A stretch of 64,000 nucleotides of DNA, taken from contig JBMNFV010000001.1 of the NCBI GenBank assembly GCA_050949505.1, positions 286,284-350,283 on the forward strand, in the 5' to 3' direction. The position numbers were made by a program, and so were the translations under genes. Below the pieces are notes generated by a model. That model was not told the origin of the DNA. It searched no databases and saw nothing but the letters and a program-made list of their open reading frames with translations. This document shows, piece after piece, positions 63,845 to 64,000 of this stretch; the first letter of the stretch is position 1; every line of letters begins with the position of its first letter. The DNA comes from Patescibacteria group bacterium. Its GTDB lineage: Bacteria > Patescibacteriota > Patescibacteriia > Patescibacteriales > UBA12465.

Positions 63845-64000
63845 ATGAATAAAGGAAAAGATAATTTAGCCGGATACACATTAGTAGAGCTATTAATAGT
63901 AGTCGCTATTATTGCCATTTTATCCACAGTGGGAATCGTATACTACAGCCAACTCCGCTCTAAGCAGCGAGACTCACAACGACTGGTTGATATGCGGGAG
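63845..64000 (+). CDS. prepilin-type N-terminal cleavage/methylation domain protein (partial, continues beyond the window)
   Basis: Absent from the ORF track because it is truncated by the window. Translation reads MNKGKDNLAGYTLVELLIVVAIIAILSTVGIVYYSQLRSKQRDSQRLVDMRE, with the G|YTLVE motif. TTATAAT sits about 20 nt upstream. Confidence 0.7.
   Translation, partial: MNKGKDNLAGYTLVELLIVVAIIAILSTVGIVYYSQLRSKQRDSQRLVDMRE

Noticed and set aside
63781-63927. A 49-codon N-terminal extension of the GT2 ORF (MDKMAIIATTINSS...).
   Set aside because: The extension is antisense to the promoter and first codons of the divergent prepilin-like gene. The GT2 domain begins right at the internal ATG (63780, MLIDFCLPVKNE).
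1-64000. A possible alternative genetic code (UGA recoding, as in some CPR lineages).
   Set aside because: Conserved genes end at TGA where homologs are expected to end, for example the beta-CASP gene at 4439-4441. Long conserved ORFs contain no in-frame TGA, so the standard bacterial code fits.

Overview
A 64 kb, gene-dense window from an AT-leaning bacterial genome (about 40% GC by eye, not computed) that uses the standard code, with TGA as a stop. The gene content resembles a streamlined Patescibacteria/CPR-type organism: many housekeeping genes, a type IV pilus/competence cluster, a surface-glycan cluster and DUF3160. That assignment is inference only.

Core content:
- recG (5' part), three tRNAs (Arg-GCG, Ser-GCU, Ser-UGA) and thiol-disulfide redox proteins
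- a beta-CASP RNA hydrolase, metG, pgeF, two ABC exporter half-transporters, DUF3160, CapA-like, SDR, ung, gpmI
- thrS preceded by a T-box leader, comFC, and pilM-N-O-x-B-C followed by two tandem pilins
- a glycan locus: UDP-xylose synthase, flippase, five glycosyltransferases and a priming sugar transferase
- holB, frr, rseP, hpf, secA

The accessory region spans about 7.7-18.4 kb. It begins with a predicted element of about 6.4 kb (7695-14105) integrated at the 3' end of tRNA-Ser(UGA). The element carries a large serine recombinase and a tightly packed four-gene operon: EcoRI-like N6-adenine methyltransferase, DUF262-HNH nuclease, ParB/Srx-like protein and Dam-family methyltransferase.

The most unusual observation is an (AG)7 tract inside the first methyltransferase gene. 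It is followed by three tandem, family-typical C-terminal cassettes, one in each reading frame, so repeat lengths n-1, n and n+1 would each give a different complete C-terminus. Downstream of the element lie an HTH-Panacea antitoxin with a RelE/Gp49-like toxin, a Bro-N/DinD-like gene and decayed gene fragments.

Other points of interest are G8/G9 homopolymers and a frameshift in glycosyltransferase genes, a complex tandem repeat in the divergent promoter region of the glycan locus, and mosaic identity between the two pilin paralogs. No CRISPR array and no rRNA genes were seen.
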